64,000 nucleotides of DNA from Tubulanus polymorphus. Taxonomy: Eukaryota > Animalia > Nemertea. Made by a program: the position numbers and the translations under genes. The notes beneath the pieces are model-generated. The model was not told the origin of the DNA and ran no database searches. It worked only from the letters and a program-made list of their open reading frames with translations. The stretch is taken from NCBI RefSeq assembly GCF_964204645.1, contig NC_134029.1, forward strand, positions 3,534,001 through 3,598,000. Reading direction: 5' to 3'. Shown one piece after another: positions 28,647 to 45,100 of this stretch. Position 1 is the first letter of the stretch. Every line of letters starts with the position of its first letter.

Positions 28647-31638
28647 GTTTACTGTCGCACCGTTCCGAATCTATTAAATCCAGCCACAAATCCAAACTCT
28701 ATCGAAGCCGTATGGAATCCACTTCCTCGATTCTATGCTAATGGTTAAATTGAATATATTCGTAGAAATTCTACTTCTGATGATATATCCTGGATAAGTA
28801 CTCGCAGTACTCGCCGTAGCTATGAGATATTATGGCCCAGATAGATTCCAGCAATATTCCCATACGCGGGAATCATGCAGTTATAATCCGAACTTCAGAT
28901 GCTTGGTGGAGATTGCTTTACCTCAGCAACGGATAGGCCCTTTGCTGATATACGCGGAGTTTTTCCGGTACAAGCGAGTTTACGTGTTGCTGACAGTAAA
29001 AACAGTGTAATCCGACGGAAAAACAAGAACGGATCTCAAAACGGTGTGCGCCTCGGAGCTGCAGACACACTGACAGTGTACGGTCGTCGCGTTACTGCAG
29101 TATTCCGATATCGAGTTGTTCGTTGCTCTGCTCGCTCAGACTCCGGAGAACTTCGTGTGTAAGTGAATACACTAACAATCCAAGATAATCTCTAAATCCG
29201 ACCTTTCATCCCAAGACGTCCATATCCGGCCGCTGATTAGTCAAAAAGACGTATAAAGATCGCTTATGTCGAGGTTATTACTGTCAATTAGTAAACAAGA
29301 CTACTTCGTATCATGAAGCGCCCGAACATCCAGGAAGCAACTTATGAAAACATCCCGGTGGACATCCGTCGTATTTGTCATGATCAGATAGGTTTTACCT
29401 TACTGTGACGGTTTCCGTATTGATGAACAATCGATGAAAACACTGGTATTCCCCCGGAATAAGGTTCTTATCAGCTAGCGAGTGGGTCGATTTTTTTTTG
29501 CTTGCGTGACTCTCGCGTATATATCTATATACGTATCAAATGACAGCTGGTTATCATTAAAACATTACAACACGCATGTAATATATGGAACACTTGTCCT
29601 GATATAGTTGACAGCACATAGCAGTACTATGCGAACAATTCTAATCAAAACACTGTATTACAATATGTAGTGTGTGACTAAATGAAATCGCGATAGATCG
29701 TTGACGGGTGATGAATTGATGCGGGCCGAAATATGCTGACCATCCTAATGCGAAAGAACCGAGTTGAATAGATCGAGACAGACGGTTGCTTCTGAATGGA
29801 AAGAAATCTTTTCGTTCGAAACGAACAAAATGCCACAAATTGGTCGAAAGATTTCCTTTGTAAGATTGTTTTCTTGATGATGCTTTGTATTCGGACACTT
29901 TTAGCCGTTCCCTTCGTGGCCTTTAGCCCCATGGCAAACATCCGGCGATTGAGCAGAAATCCAGGGTTGTGTGTGAGGTAGATTAATATTACTTCCAAGA
30001 GGTGATTGCATTGTAAATACAGGCGAAATCTAATGAAGTTATACGCGGCGGTGCCAGTACTCGGCCATCGCTGAATATTTACAACGAGACGCTTTTGCCA
30101 GGCGTTCTAGAAATGCGAATGGGTTTTTGAAGCAACAAGTGGCATGGTTTTTCCTGTTTCCATCAATCACGAGATACTAGAATCAGACTCTTCCGTGCAA
30201 ATGCTCTTACACTTCTCATCGTCAAATATGCTTACGGCAACAGTCTAGTTCTCATCAACCAGACTACTCTTACGTTTTCTATTTCATATGATTGTTTTAA
30301 AGGATTTGAAGCTGGAATGACATTGACTGACAAAATTATGTGTGTTTACGTCGTATAAGTCTGAAGGACGTTTTTAAACCTATTTAATTCCCCCCCCCCC
30401 CCTATATTAGAGTTAAGTAACCACTTCATCATCTGAAACGACGAGATCGGAAACCGGAAAACAATTCTTCCGGTTTGTGTTCTAGCGAATGAGTGTCGTT
30501 ATTAAATTACTCTTAATGGATCGAAAAGTGCAGAAACTCTCCAGTTTTATGACGTACGTGTTGTGACGTCCAGTTTTTTTTTATCCAGTACGCGTCGTAC
30601 TGATAACGATTAATGGCGATTTGTGAAAAAAAAACCCGATCCACTACGGAAAGGTGTACGTTGTAGATTACGCAAGCAACAACGCCCTCGTCGAAAAGCG
30701 GAGTTGACATTCAAATCACGTTTGTGCAGGTGATTTATGGCCGGACGCCGCGAGATTATGCTCCGTATAAGACTCGGTCTAATGCATAATTTTCCCAGGG
30801 ATGTACTTATCGCCTTGCCGACAGTTGCCAGGGAAAGATGACACGGCGGGAACGACACCATCGCAGCGCGCCATCCAGCGCCAGACCGAAATGACATCGC
30901 GCTTCCTGTCGAAGCAAAATCGAGAATTAAACCCAATATTAACGATCCTAATCCCATTGCATATCAACTCGATAGCTAGCGAGCGTTATAAATAATTAAT
31001 GATTCAAATATATACATATATGCGATCGAGTTGAAAATACAGTGAAAAATCCACAAACATCGCGTTAACAACCCGAACAAAGGGCTTCATCTATTTTATT
31101 TAAACTCGTTCGATCAAGTCAGCGAACATTTAACCTGAATTGAATCGTTGATTCCAGCTGCAGAGCTGGCATAATTATTTCATCAATTAGAACATGGATA
31201 CGATATATAGTGAATTTTTCTTTCGTTCCACATATAACTGGCATATCGTCTGCAACCATGCGGGGTACTACCATCTCTACGCATACCATCTGTTAGTGTG
31301 TAATATCACCAGCTGAAATATCATATTCTCGCGATGAGTTAATGTGTATTATCAACTGCAAAATATCGGCGTATTTGTAATTGAAGCCGAGAAGGATTAT
31401 GTCGCTGCATTCATTTTGTGTTGATAGCATCGTCTTGTCTTTATGAAGCTCGTTAAAACACCAGATAGATGTCGCATTAAATGCCAACAGGATCAATTAT
31501 AGACGCATGGTCGCTACCACATATCGACAGAATATCTGCCAACGGTACTTCCGGCGTTTCCGCAATGGTCATTTTGAAGTGGCATCGCTTGACACATTTA
31601 AAAAATGCTTTTGAAACGAATCAAAAATACATATGTAC

Positions 31639-31776
<138 letters not shown>

Positions 31777-33055
31777 CCTGACACAATATACGACTCTCTT
31801 ATTCGAAGAGCCTTTAGTGCTTTGGCACTAGATATATCATAAAAAGATCATGTTGTCAAATTAACATTTCATATGGACGGATTCTTTTGGGACTAATCAC
31901 GTAGGGCGTTATATTTTAGAAGGTGTGTAAATATAAAAAATATCGGTTTATGGTTTGGGGGTAATGGAATATATCGTGCCTCAATGGTGATCACTTTTAT
32001 TAATAAAAAGGTCCATCGGTCCGTTGCCACATTTATGGAGATTCTGTATATTTTGTCGTCGCATAAATCAACTGGGCTGACGGCTCTACTAATACTAGAC
32101 TATCCTGCGTGCTGGTTTTACAGTTCGAGTGCGGGTTCGTGCTACGAATCGTTTAGGATGATATTCGTCGCCACCAGCAACCACCAGCCGAACTGCTGCT
32201 AACAATCATCTGAACACTCCGGAGACTAGCGCCGTCGATATCTTGCCTGGATTCGTTTCAACATTAAATATTAAACCCTTACGTCGAATTCCACGTTTTT
32301 ATAAATGTATTCAAAGCATGCATCGCAGCCATACAGAGTTGTACCATAGCCCCAGTAGAACTCAGTGCAAATTTATATTATCGATGAAGACAGGTCTAAA
32401 AACTCGAGCTACTTTTTACCTTCGTCCTTTGATCTGACTGATTACGATATCAGAAAATAGACTGGGCCCCGCAGGGGTTAAAAAGTGTCTAGTTAATTCC
32501 TTTAGGAAAATACCAAAAATGAATGAAAAAACATGGATGACACTCGATATGCTGGATATTAAGAGTAGACTGTACTGGGCAGTGAAGTTTGGGACGGAAA
32601 AATCAATATTCAACAAAACATAAAGATGCTGCATTTTTCACTCCGCGACTGTGGGGTTCTGTGAGTTCCCTCGTTTGTACCGTGTAGAAAATTATCTCTT
32701 CGTTGAAACGAAGCGTAAACCGTATTGGCTTTGATCGCCGAAAGCTAATTTCCAGAAATTCAACCGAACAACAACAATCGCCATCAAACGATTTCGTGCC
32801 GCGTCACGAACGCGGAAAAAACCGGCGAATCGAAATAATAACTCCGTGGAGAAAATCGAGGAAATTCTGACGCGGCTCCAACGTCGATTTCTGGATGCAA
32901 AGGAAAAAGTTCAGAATAACTCGTTCGTTCACAAAGGTACAAATAGAAATCAATCCCTATTTGCGCATGCAACACTGACTCCGATAAAAGTCTGGTACAG
33001 CAATCTTTGTCTATACCACCAAAGATGGCTACCGCGCGGAAACGGCAATACCCCA

Positions 33056-33167
33056 GGACCCAGTTCCACAGTTGTCATTTAGAGTTAAATTTGAGTTAAA
33101 ATTAGTTCATTTTCAGTGTTTTGACTCTGAGGCCAATTTCAACTCATGAGACTGTGGAACCAAGTCC
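33056..33167. mobile_element. MITE family A, copy 3
   Basis: GGACCCAGTTCCACAGTT ... GACTGTGGAACCAAGTCC. The internal ATTAGTTCATTTTCA is the reverse complement of the copy-2 core. Confidence 0.7.
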
Positions 33168-36100
33168 TGTACATGCGTTATGAACGTACGGTACGAGACT
33201 GGAATAAGAATTATATTTATCTACGTAAATAGTGCCAAAATAAGGGGGCCTAGTGAAGCCTTATTGGATATGGAAATTATTTCTATCATTACCGAAATAC
33301 GCAGATAATATCGCGATATAAGTGAAATGGGGAAAGCAGTTTCGTATAAATGCAGACTTAAGGATGTAGTACACCGCAGGGCGTAGTCTCTTCCTAGCAT
33401 CGCCATCTATCCAAACATCAGCGAAGCGTATGCACAATTCGCGCAGAATATAAATCAACTCAAGGTTCGTTTGGTGTATCATAAAACTGGGAGAGATTTA
33501 CGTCCACGTCTCGCAGAGGCTCCGCGTCATGGAATGGTTGGATCTACAGGTTTTCTGGTATATTCGCGACGTCGGCAAAATTCAAAGCTTCGGGATTGGC
33601 GTTCCATTTAATATGTACATCAGAGAAATAAAAACGTACGCGAGTTGTTTTTTGATCGCAGACAGTCAATATTTCAAGTAGAATAAAATAGTTGTTGAGA
33701 TATACATATCAAATAACTGAATAAATATATGAATCGTGCTTGAATGTCAGTTAAAATAATTCAAAGTGATTCCAGTCCAGCCATTTGAAATGAATAAAAA
33801 TCATAAATTCCCTTCAAAAACTGTATTTGTTATTGGTATGACTCGTTGAAATGAGGTGAAGAGAAATAAGTCTTAAATTTCCGAGGATAATATATTTCAA
33901 CGAAATGCCTATACTGAAAGCTTGACGTTTAAAGAATGCAAGCTAAATTAGACGTAAGTGGCCAGTCACAAATTTTGTAAACGCGACGTTTTCAACGATA
34001 TAGATTTCTACGAAAAAGGGTGTATTCGATATCGACGAAATTCTACACTGATATTCGAGCATTAATCATACATTGAACATTTTCTCGAAAACGCGGCTTA
34101 AAGAATACTTGACACTCGTTGTCGAGATATCGACACGGCGCGTATACGTGAAGGAATGGTCGAAAATAAGGCCAACATATCTCAACTAATACGCACCTCC
34201 ATTGAAAGATTCTTGCTCCAAAGCAATTTCTAAAAGAAACTGGTAAATGCATGTATTCTGTTTGTATATAGAAATGATGTTTTTTCCGTATACGAATATT
34301 TTTTGCTTTGCTCGATTTTTCGGCGAGACAAATCATCTTAAACCCATCGGGAATAATTCCTCGCACGTCGTCACGCAATACGTGCGAGCGAACCAGAGAC
34401 GGAATGACGCAGAGCGCTGCAGAAATTAAAACCTCATTTATTAATTTACGCCACTCAACTTTTTGCCGTTTTGACAATGAACGGATGGCCGCACATCCGT
34501 AGCTGACGTTTAAATGCCGATTATGCGAATAATTACGGGTGATGCGAGATATTAATTGAGATGTCACACGCTCGTGTTCTCTATACGATCATTTGTACGC
34601 GTCTATAGTCCAATACACGGATATACGGACTATAAATGACTAAAAATACGCACACACATCCGCTCGCTACGGCATAGTCTTTAACAAATCAGCTCAAAGA
34701 CTTTCAATTCCCTGATCTTCAACTCAGTATCCGGTAAACAAGACGAAATGAGGCCGACTCTTCAAAAGTGATATTTGTTGTTAACAATCTTCAATTCTAA
34801 AAATTAGGAAATTTTTAAGCCTTCGCGTCATCACGAGTGTAAATATTGCCATTTCGTGAATGTTTCGCCTGAAAAACGTCTCCCAGACTTGACTAGAAAC
34901 TCGACGAATGTTTTTCGAATCACGTAACTGCTATTGTTTCAATAAACATTTCGCGAACCTACTATTTGAACAACAGCACGGTCATTGTTTCATGCATAAA
35001 ACATATACATCTTCACTTCGTTTCCGCTGTGAATAAAAACATACATCCTATATGAAATATGTATAATGGATATATGGTCTGTCACATCAACTTATATGTA
35101 TACGATCATTAAGAGCTATACAGCGGTTAATTTGTCTTCATTTTCGTTTGGTAATGTGAAAATATGCTCGATCACTACTTGCACGTTTGGTTTTTGTATT
35201 TGGCGAAAGCCCACCTGTATCACATAACTAACATTGGGAGGCGGTAAACGTCAGTAAGGCTGCATGTAAATTTAATGAGAATTTGCGAGACTCATGTGTT
35301 TCCAGGGTTCTGCAATTATCTCTACTGGCTAATAGTATATTTCGCCCTGTAATTTCCTCTACGCTGGAATTGTTGGATTTCGGCCATGGCGGTTATGTAC
35401 CCTCACTTGCCGCAGGCAATAACGCGTGACCTTCCCGCTAATCAGTGACCTATCGTTGAGTTATCTGATTGAAAAAAACCGATTAAATTTGTTTATAAGC
35501 CTATTTTGATCTTGAATTTGAAAAGGAAAATCACGACTGGATTTTATTGACGTTGCTATCACGAGTATCATATATTCGCTAAGCCGCACGCGATGGTCCC
35601 ATGTATCGAAATTGTTACCCGGTATTCAATATGCTACTACAAGGCCAATTAACTATCAACTGTTGCCATGCCTACCTTGTTTCTTTTCGGGAGCCAACTG
35701 CGTTTCGGCAGTCATCTTTATATATTTTCCGTCCGGAGGTTAACTAAAAGATGTTGGTTGTACTAGTAGCGTATCTATTCCACCGGATTCAGTGTATGTA
35801 ATCTGTCTATCGGACGGGTGCCAAGTATATGAGTGAACCACCCAATTCCCATAGCTTATTCTACATACGAAATGGGTTCAGCACTTGAATGACGTGGAGG
35901 CGTTTTTCTACTTCTGCGCCCTTTATATTTGGATAGGGTGAATGTATTTCTATAACAATATGCCTGCATGCGGTAGAATGCTTTTATTATGCATGTTGTG
36001 AAGGGTTCATTTTTGAGCGCCGCCCTAATTTGCCTTAGATTGTTTTGTCGTCATGAAGAGACTATAGACTCTCTACAACACGCGATGACACGAGAGAAAA

Positions 36101-39100
36101 TACTACAATACGATTCGGTAACTATAACGATAGAAAATTGCTCTCCAACAAAACCTATATCAAATGTCTTTGCATCTATCATCGACGATGAAAAGGACTT
36201 GTGTTTCTATTTATAGCCGTATCAACGGCTCGCTGAGTGTCAATGGGCAATATGTGATTCTGGCAGTCGAGTGTATTGGACTGGTGATCGCTTCAGCTCC
36301 TCTCCGGTGTCATTATTGCTGCGCATTTCGGACGATTAATGATGGAGTTTGCCTTTAACGGCCTCGCTGCCTGAAACAGCGACAAACTCGTCGTCAATCG
36401 ACGAAATTGATAATACATAAATAAACGACCATCATTATCACGAGTTGTATATAGACGGGAGTAATTTTGAACGAATTGACCGGGGCACGGCGGTGAAATG
36501 TATCAAATCGCGTGCACTTTCGCATGAATATGCTGCCATTAATCATAGAGATAGCTTAATCCCTAAAGGAAGACAACTAGAGTCATTTGAATACGAAATC
36601 GTATAGCAAAACATAATTCTTCGCAAGAGTTAACTCGAAATTTAGTTTTCTATATAAATTTTCATTTCAAATTCAAATTCTCGCCAGATAGCAATCGCCA
36701 TAATGTATCACTACTTGTCTTTTACTGATAAGAACATATTCGATTTAGCTCCTCATTTGGAGGCGTTAAATTGCGGGCGGTTGAAAAGAAACCGATACAT
36801 CAGTAAATACTACCACACAACACGCCGTATTGAATATCATCTGTCAAGTTCTTAAAGGCAGACGATCGATTTTACCTATACCCAGAGGTGATTGAATGAG
36901 ATGGCTGTGATATGAAGCGGTTAACGCACAGCTGAGCACTATCTACAACTCTTACAACATCTTCATCGGTGATGATTGAAAATTAGACATTTTTGACGTA
37001 AAGATTGCGAACGAGTTACAAGTTGACAAAAGCTGTTGCGCGTTCCAATTTTCTACAATTGCGAAGTGTGATGTCGTAAAGTATCGGGATTCATCTATTT
37101 CGAGGAAGGCGACCACAAAAATAGATTAATACAGTGAATGGCGAGTTTGTTAACCCATACAACGGGAACTAAATTTGGCTCCGTTTTTTTAAGGGCAGGG
37201 TTCGCTCACCAATGAGATGAATGACATTTCTTTGGACTCTTCGAACGAATATAGACGTCAGTCCACCGTAGCATTGTGTATGATGAAATCCAAGATTTCG
37301 TTGCCATTGGTAACGAAGCTAACAGGATTTGAGGTAGAATAATCAACCAGTGAGAGACTGTCTACACATGAGACGATATATATATATACACAGAGAAACG
37401 CAAGCAGATTTCACAATTACTTGTTAGAGTTCGCACAATCCATTGATCGGCGGTAGAAATTGTCAGCCCCAGAAGCCCTTGTGAAGTTCACGTCTGAAAT
37501 ATTCTATATCCAACCGACGATATTGGAAATCAAACAGATCTTGTCGCCGACGCAACCAAGTGTTACTTATTCCTGGTTGTTTTCTACGGTTCGGGAAATG
37601 AGGACTCTATACGTGCGACTGTGGCAATCGAGGATCCACCAAGTGTCACTTGTATGCATTCAAACAACAGATCCCAGATTTCTTCTCAGATTCGATTAAA
37701 ATCTATCTTTCTCAAATTCTACGAATGAATAAAAAGCGTGATACATGGGTCTTAAAAATCCAATTCGAGTTCATCTATAGACATGAGATGCCTAATTGCT
37801 GGTGATGTAGGCTTAAAATTCAGGTGAATGTTCTACGGTTGAATGTCAATACACAGACCGATGACGTCTTCTACAGACCACTGACGGTTTCGACCAATCG
37901 CGTACGGCCGTCGCTTCATGGATCATTGACTTTCGAATCGCTGACTAATTCCCGTTACCCTGGGAACCGAGAGCATAATCGTAGCCGGCCACCTTGATTT
38001 AAGGCAGAGATTTGTGATTGATTCAATTGTACTTGAAAAACATCGGCCAGAATCCAAAGTCGAACGATCTTCCACGTTATCGAATCATAATAAAACTCTA
38101 TTAACATGCTTTGAAATGTGGCATAAAGATGCCATTGTCACGAATGTTTCTGGATGTGCGCCAATCATAACATAAAAGAGACCAAGGCCACATTTTTTGA
38201 GGAGGTTGATTAATCTTTATTGAGCGCACACGTGCGCTGTTCAGATCTTTAATTAGTAAGTAACACGAATTATCTCATACATCGGAAACAAAACTCTCGG
38301 CGTTGTAATAGTTGCTCTTAGTTTATATTACGAAATAGATGAGTTACGTGTTGCGAATGTTGATGATGTGGTCACTACGATATTACCTTCGGCTACAAGG
38401 AAGCATTGATACATTGCTTACACGAACGCATATTGCAGCAGCATTCTGACACAAACGGCCATTGATCATGCGGTCAGATCCGTGTGAGAACCAGAGGTTT
38501 GAAGGGTATCGCTAGTTGTTTGCGAGTATATCGCAATTAAGTTTATCGATCGTACCCGGTACGGTCTCTTGAACCGAAAAGCATCGTGTAAAAGGAAATT
38601 GAGATTTTTCAATAAACTGTTAACCGGCGTTTATGTCTCACCACTCGATGGTCGGTCATTGAATAATAAAGAACATCCTCAAACTCGAAATGTTATATCT
38701 TGAAGTCAAAAGAAGAAAATTTCAACATCGTGATTGAAAGAGAATGTTAACACCAAAAGCCTCATTAGCACAAAATAACCTATACGTTGCAGAATTTGAG
38801 AAAGTATACCGGAGCAGTCCTCTTTCCGTAGCGGTGGCTGTATGTCGTGCTCACGCGGTTTCTCGCGTATGATTAGAACATTCACGCAAAGCATATACAA
38901 ATCTTAGCCTCCCCCGTCGCCAATATGGTACCGGGTTGTTCAACGGAGTAACTCGATTACAGCCGTCTTGATGTAGATCTTAAGGCTATGGTTTTAGTTA
39001 TTCATGACATGGCCAAATATACGGCGAACGATTTTCGGATTTTCTCCGCTCAAGATACTGCGCGTGTGATATTGCATGATTAATCTATAAATAGGACGCA

Positions 39101-42100
39101 ATTCCGTGATGTTTCTTATTCTCTCACTTAACAGAAACGGTTCATAGATTATTTGTATATATTCAGAGTAGTCGGCTAGATTTCGTGCGTAATTGCTCAC
39201 TATTTAGATGAGTTTTCATCCTAAACATCCACGAGGGAAAAGTCGTTCACTGATTGTCGAATGTTAGAACCAAGTTAGGGATGCCGAAGAGGTGCAGGCC
39301 GTGTAAACTCCATTACCGCAGCACTGCCATTATGAATATTACATCTAGAATAATCTTATTTTAACTCAAAGTTGAATTCTAGTCACAATCGAAGACTTGA
39401 TCTTGACCGGGTTACAATGTGCGATGTCGCGCTCTGTTGTGAACGAAACTGGTGGTGGGGATCAGGGTTTGGTCCGGATGTAACCACGTTTAAGAGTCCA
39501 CGATGAAATTGACAAAGAAATTGAGCTGTCGAGAATCAGGGCTGGACGGGGGATTTCTAGCGCTACGGCTGATATTCGGGACGCCAAACGTGATAACGTG
39601 ATGTAATATACGATCAGATCCAATGATGTACTGTTAAGATATAAACTGGATTATGAATTATGTCACTTTATCCGAGTTCGACGTCTATCATCACGAGATT
39701 GTTGCCGTATCAGAATCGATGTCAATTAGGACTCGAACAAAAGTCCGCACTGCGTTTACTCCGCTGGGTTCATTCTATTCACGAAGTAATAATACAAGCA
39801 ACATATAATAATCACAATCCGGCGTATTGCAAAATTCAACGACTCGATCATAGAGAGACCTAGAGCACTGTCTCCTCCGTCGATGTCAGAAACCATCGAC
39901 GTATTCTTGATGGAACGTAATCATTTTCAATTATACCTTCGCGCAGGAATTAATGAGAAAAACGTAATTTTGAGCGACGTTTCGCACGCAGATTGATCCG
40001 CGAATTTGTTACAGGGATATTAGCGGGTCGAATACGATATGTTCAATAGTTATTCGTGCATTTTAGTCGACGCGTCTAAAAACATTAACCTGTGTCTTAC
40101 CAGTCTTTCAAACATTAGAAATTAGATTATTAGAAAACAAATCGAAAGACTTTCATAAGAAATGCGTATCTTACAGGCAGAATCTTTGAAAATGCTTCCT
40201 TTTGCAAACTTGAAAAATGTCCTTGTAATCACATGACATCATTCATTATTTTTAAACAAGCAAAAGCCGAAGATTTAAAAGTCGAAATTAATTTACATTA
40301 TTCAAATATGATTTACAACACCCTGGATGCAAGAATCATAACGAAGTTAGATTCCGAAGTCCGTATTCGGACGAATACGCGAATACATGCATAACAGTCA
40401 AACAAACTGTCTCCAGTTTAGTTTTACAGCATTGATGACAAAACTACTAATGTACTGGAAATGCAATTACCCGAATCACTAATGGATGTTAAACCATCAT
40501 TTTCAAGTGACGGGCTCGTTGTCACTGGGCGGTTGACTAATGCAACACATACATATGAAAATCATTTCCGATGCAACAGGAGTCTGCACAGACGGTAGGA
40601 GTCACATGGTACTAAGAAATACAACCGCAAATCAGTAATCCGGGTCTCGGTCATTAAAGGACTTATGCACTGAATTTAGAGGAAATGCTTCACTCGAAAT
40701 GATAAAAATCCCAACAAAACCCCTGCAAAAATATCTACTTTATTGCCAGACCTTAACGTTAATAGCGGTTGTATGTAAAGCTCAGACTACACAAACCATA
40801 TCATTATACTTCACTTTAAAAATGACTTGACAGTAATTACAAGCGAAGTCAAGTCACCGAGGTACATTTACATTAAACTTGGGTTATTTCGGTTTAAGTA
40901 AATTTCGATAGATTTGCCGGTATTTTTACTGGCGTAATTTGAGCCTAAATCAAACATTTTAAATTTCCTGGCACGCATCATTACCATAACGACTGAACTT
41001 ATACCTGGGCGATAATATCAACAAATGAAACCGTAAACAGCCGCAGCATCACCGTGTTGCTGATGTTCAGAGATCGATAATTTGCAGTCTTCGTTCACTG
41101 TCATATAACGGCGATGGGTCTTGTTTCATTAGTTACAACAAGGATCTGTCAACACAAAGCCTGTCATTTGAAATGCGTATCGATTATCAAGCTTTCTATT
41201 TATATCATCGTCGTCAAACAATTTTATTAAATCTTCTCCTGAAATTCAGAAGTGCTACTATTACGAAGCATATATCAAACACGATACCATAAGCGCTTTT
41301 GAATAAAGATTTTTATTTGAACATTTCACGTTTGTTTGTCTTAGCCGAGGGGGGGAATTAAATTTCATATCAGTGTTGCTTCTTGGAAGTGAAAAAGCGT
41401 AGCTACATGTGAAGTTTGATAATTAGAAGTCGTGGGCGCGGTGGTTGTTGAGGGGAACGAAACTAATCTTCCTAGACGACGTCACGCGGTTAGTTCACAT
41501 GCGTCATGGTCGTCAAATGGTCACCTGACTAAATTGTTACTTCAGTTAGTCGCTTTCGCTTGGAGGTGATACGACGCAATGTGACGTCACGTCAAGAACC
41601 TGTAGCGTTTCGCAGTCGTATTCACGCACTCGTGAGCGATGAGCGCCTTAATTAGTTATCAACGTCAACAAATCCAATATGTATCGGTGAGAATTTAATA
41701 GGAGTAATCCGCAAACAGAAACGGATTATCAACACAGCGATTGACAACGCTCCGAACTAACAGCGATAATTGTTCTCATACCCAGTTACTCTAATACCAC
41801 ATTATCGGTAATCCCTGTGAGAAAATATCGCGTAGAAGCCGCCGAAAACTGCAGTCTCTACCGAGAGAAATATATGTGATAGTGATGCAGCGATAGAAAA
41901 ATTCTAAATACTTCCCTTTTGGGAGATATACATATACGGATGATCTATCGTAAGGAGAGATTGTGGAAACAAATGTTCGTGGCGTCAAAACCGATAAAAA
42001 TTCAAATATCAGACTTTCATATCGACAACTCTTCATAATTTCACAATAATGGCGAATGCTGCCGGCAAGATTCGTCGGAAAAGCAACGTCAAATGATAGT

Positions 42101-45100
42101 AATGAGAAATGAGTTTTCTGCACATTTTTTTTTCGCGCGTTTGTTCTTGGCTATAGCAAAGGCGTATAATATACGATGAATATTTAAACATCTTACCAGG
42201 GTCAGATTTTCGCCTTCCATTAACGACGTAGCATTGGCTATTCCTACGTTTCATGTTTCGAGAATGTTTACGTCAATTTTAAAAAACGATTAGATCGAAT
42301 TAAAGACTGCGTTTCGTGTCTATTTTCGCCGCCCAAAATGGCGCATACATCGACAGCCATCGGTTAGCGGCCCACTTCTGTGCGTGCTTGCGTGCGTTAC
42401 TGTTTCAAGATATGACAATAGCCATCGAAATTCCACGAAGCTTCGTCGGCGTAGATATATCAATGTGTACATACAATGAGTCAATACCCCAATAAAAGAA
42501 AAATCTGTTCGTCTGAGGGGGAAAACTACCCACAGAGAAGAACAATTGCTTTTTGTTGCTGCTGATGATTTTTGTCTCTTTACACGTGTTTGCAGATTGT
42601 CGACGTATCTTCATTCGATCAACGCGTATACTACAGGATCGGAGGAGAGACAGCCTTGTGAATGTTTTTTTTTTTGTTTTAACTCGAACCTGATCATGGT
42701 TGGTATTACGCGCAGCAATCTAAAGTGTAGTATAGTGGGAAGCTTATCTAGGATACAAACAATCAAATGAATAAAAAACTTACTCATTAGAAAAAACAAA
42801 TCATAGAAATCATGAGCGCGAAAAAAGTGTCACCATGGTAGAAAAAGTGTGGGAAATTGATCACATGCATTTGACTGGTAGTCACTCACTGCTGGGAAAT
42901 TGGTGGTAGATGCTTTGGTATGTGGACGTATGCTGCTGCATTAGATAATAGAGCATATTTTCTATATAGGCATTCATGATATGATGAATGATGTATAATT
43001 ATACAGTAACATCCTCACAGTAACATGCACTCAAAGAGATAGCACATGTTACATGCACATGTGCACCCTAACCCTAACTCGCCTCATTAGATAATATGTC
43101 ACGGAGTTTCTATGCAAATCTCGGAACCTCCCATTTTATTGCCATGTCACGTTCCTCGTGCAATGCCAGTTGCGCCTCCCTTCCCGGTACCTTTCTCTCA
43201 ACCAAACAATTAGTATGTTACTACCAGTACTTTGGAATTTAGCCAAGTCACTGGACTATATATCAGTGTATGAAGTATCACTAACTAAACTATACAAGTA
43301 TTAGCACTAAAATATCTCCTCTGTAGGCAAACAACAAATATAGGCTACATTTAATCAGAAAATTACTCTTTTTGGTTCAGGTTAATACATAAACTAACTA
43401 AGGTATAATTGACCTAAAAACTGGCCTAAAAAGTTGATTACGGAACGTCTGCATAATTCGCAATTTGTGATCATAAACTGCGTAGATACGTATATGATAT
43501 AATCCGAACAGATTCATTATTTTTTTCTGGGGTAAAAATCATTTCGTCTCAACATATTCGTATAACATGGCCTATAAATGTCATTCAGCCATTATCTATT
43601 TCGATTTACTTTTCGAAATTACCGCTATTTCTCAAGCCCACACTTGAAAAAACGCTTCAGTTTACACACCAGTAGCGAGCGAGATGCATTTTTTTGCAAA
43701 TAATATTACCTCGGAATAAATCTTAAATTTTGGGGTTGGGCTTTATTTTTTGGGGTCAAATCGCTGCAAATGTTACACCTTGAACAGCTGGTTATATCGG
43801 AGATCGACGCAATAACGACATTTTATGTTCATATCTAGTTTCACTCAAAACAGGTGGCTCATATAGAATATACATAAACATATGTACTTAAAACATTTAT
43901 AAGAGACTAACTCTCTCTCTATATCAACCGAGTGAGTGGTCGACCTTTTTCTAGGCGTTAGTTTGGAATTCTTATCTGTCTGTCGACGAACTAAAGACGA
44001 CCCTTGTACTAAAAACAGTAGCGTGTATATTTTTCATTACGCGCATGCACAATTTAGAGACATATATACATACCTCCCATACCATAACCTCTGCCAAATC
44101 CGAATCCGAATCCCATGGTGTAGTGTTTTGAGTCGAGCTGCTTGATTCAGTACGTTTTGCAATTTTTTCAAAAACTCGAATCTATACCATAATAATCCGG
44201 ACGAGAAACGTGAGAATTTTTGTCTGAGAGCGTGTACAATAAAATAATAATATTCCTACTGGTTGATCAGATCCTGTACGCCCTTACGCGGTATATGCAC
44301 GGCTCCGCAGTACTACACTGAAACACGTTCTAATGTATGTCACTGGATAGGCTTACTCGTACTGCAAGGGGTGGCGCGATAAGTGCTGCAAAAGCTGCTG
44401 AAACAGCGCAAAAGATGATGTCGTGTGTAGTGTCGACGCCTGTCCGCGAACAGTGGCAAGCGACGTGATGAAAGTCAGTCGATTTAGCCCCTTCAGAGTG
44501 AGATACTGACCCTCGAATGAGCATTCGGTGATCTTAACGAACGATGAATTGAATTTCAAATCGCTATTGTTCGTTGTACAATTAAGACCGGCGTACGCGT
44601 GAGATTGAAAGAAATGCTAATAGTGGCAAATTAAAGAGCAAATACAACAATGGAGAAAGGTTCTTCGTTTATAGCACTCGAGTGTAAGTGCTTTTAATTA
44701 TCCACCTGTTAATTCTACCCATTGTTGATTACGGCATCAAAACGGTTTGGTCAAACTGTTAACCAAACTGTTTGTTTTGAATTAATTCCGAACTATGACG
44801 TTGGCGTGAATAGCGGGGCGCCGACGAGAGTGGGATTTTAATAATGTTTGTCGTCATTCTCTTCAACGATTTACAATAAAGAATAGCAATAAGATTATAG
44901 TGCACGTAAAAAGAGTACAGAGTCATCACGTCATCTCGACTATTAGTTTTAGTAAGAAAGTGAGATTTTGGCCTAAATTCCTTTCTAGCTCAGGCTATTC
45001 CGACGCCGTCAGTTGGGTTCTGCATAAGTCGATGTGTATTTACTATACGTCATCAATATGTTTACTACGTCATCAAATGGCGTTTTGAAATTACAGAACT

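Noticed and set aside
28284-28748. 154-aa plus-strand ORF
   Set aside because: It largely overlaps M6 exon 1 in antisense, starts at GTG and has no family features.
34043-34567. 174-aa minus-strand ORF
   Set aside because: It has a non-ATG start, no recognisable domain, no splice context, and random-like composition.
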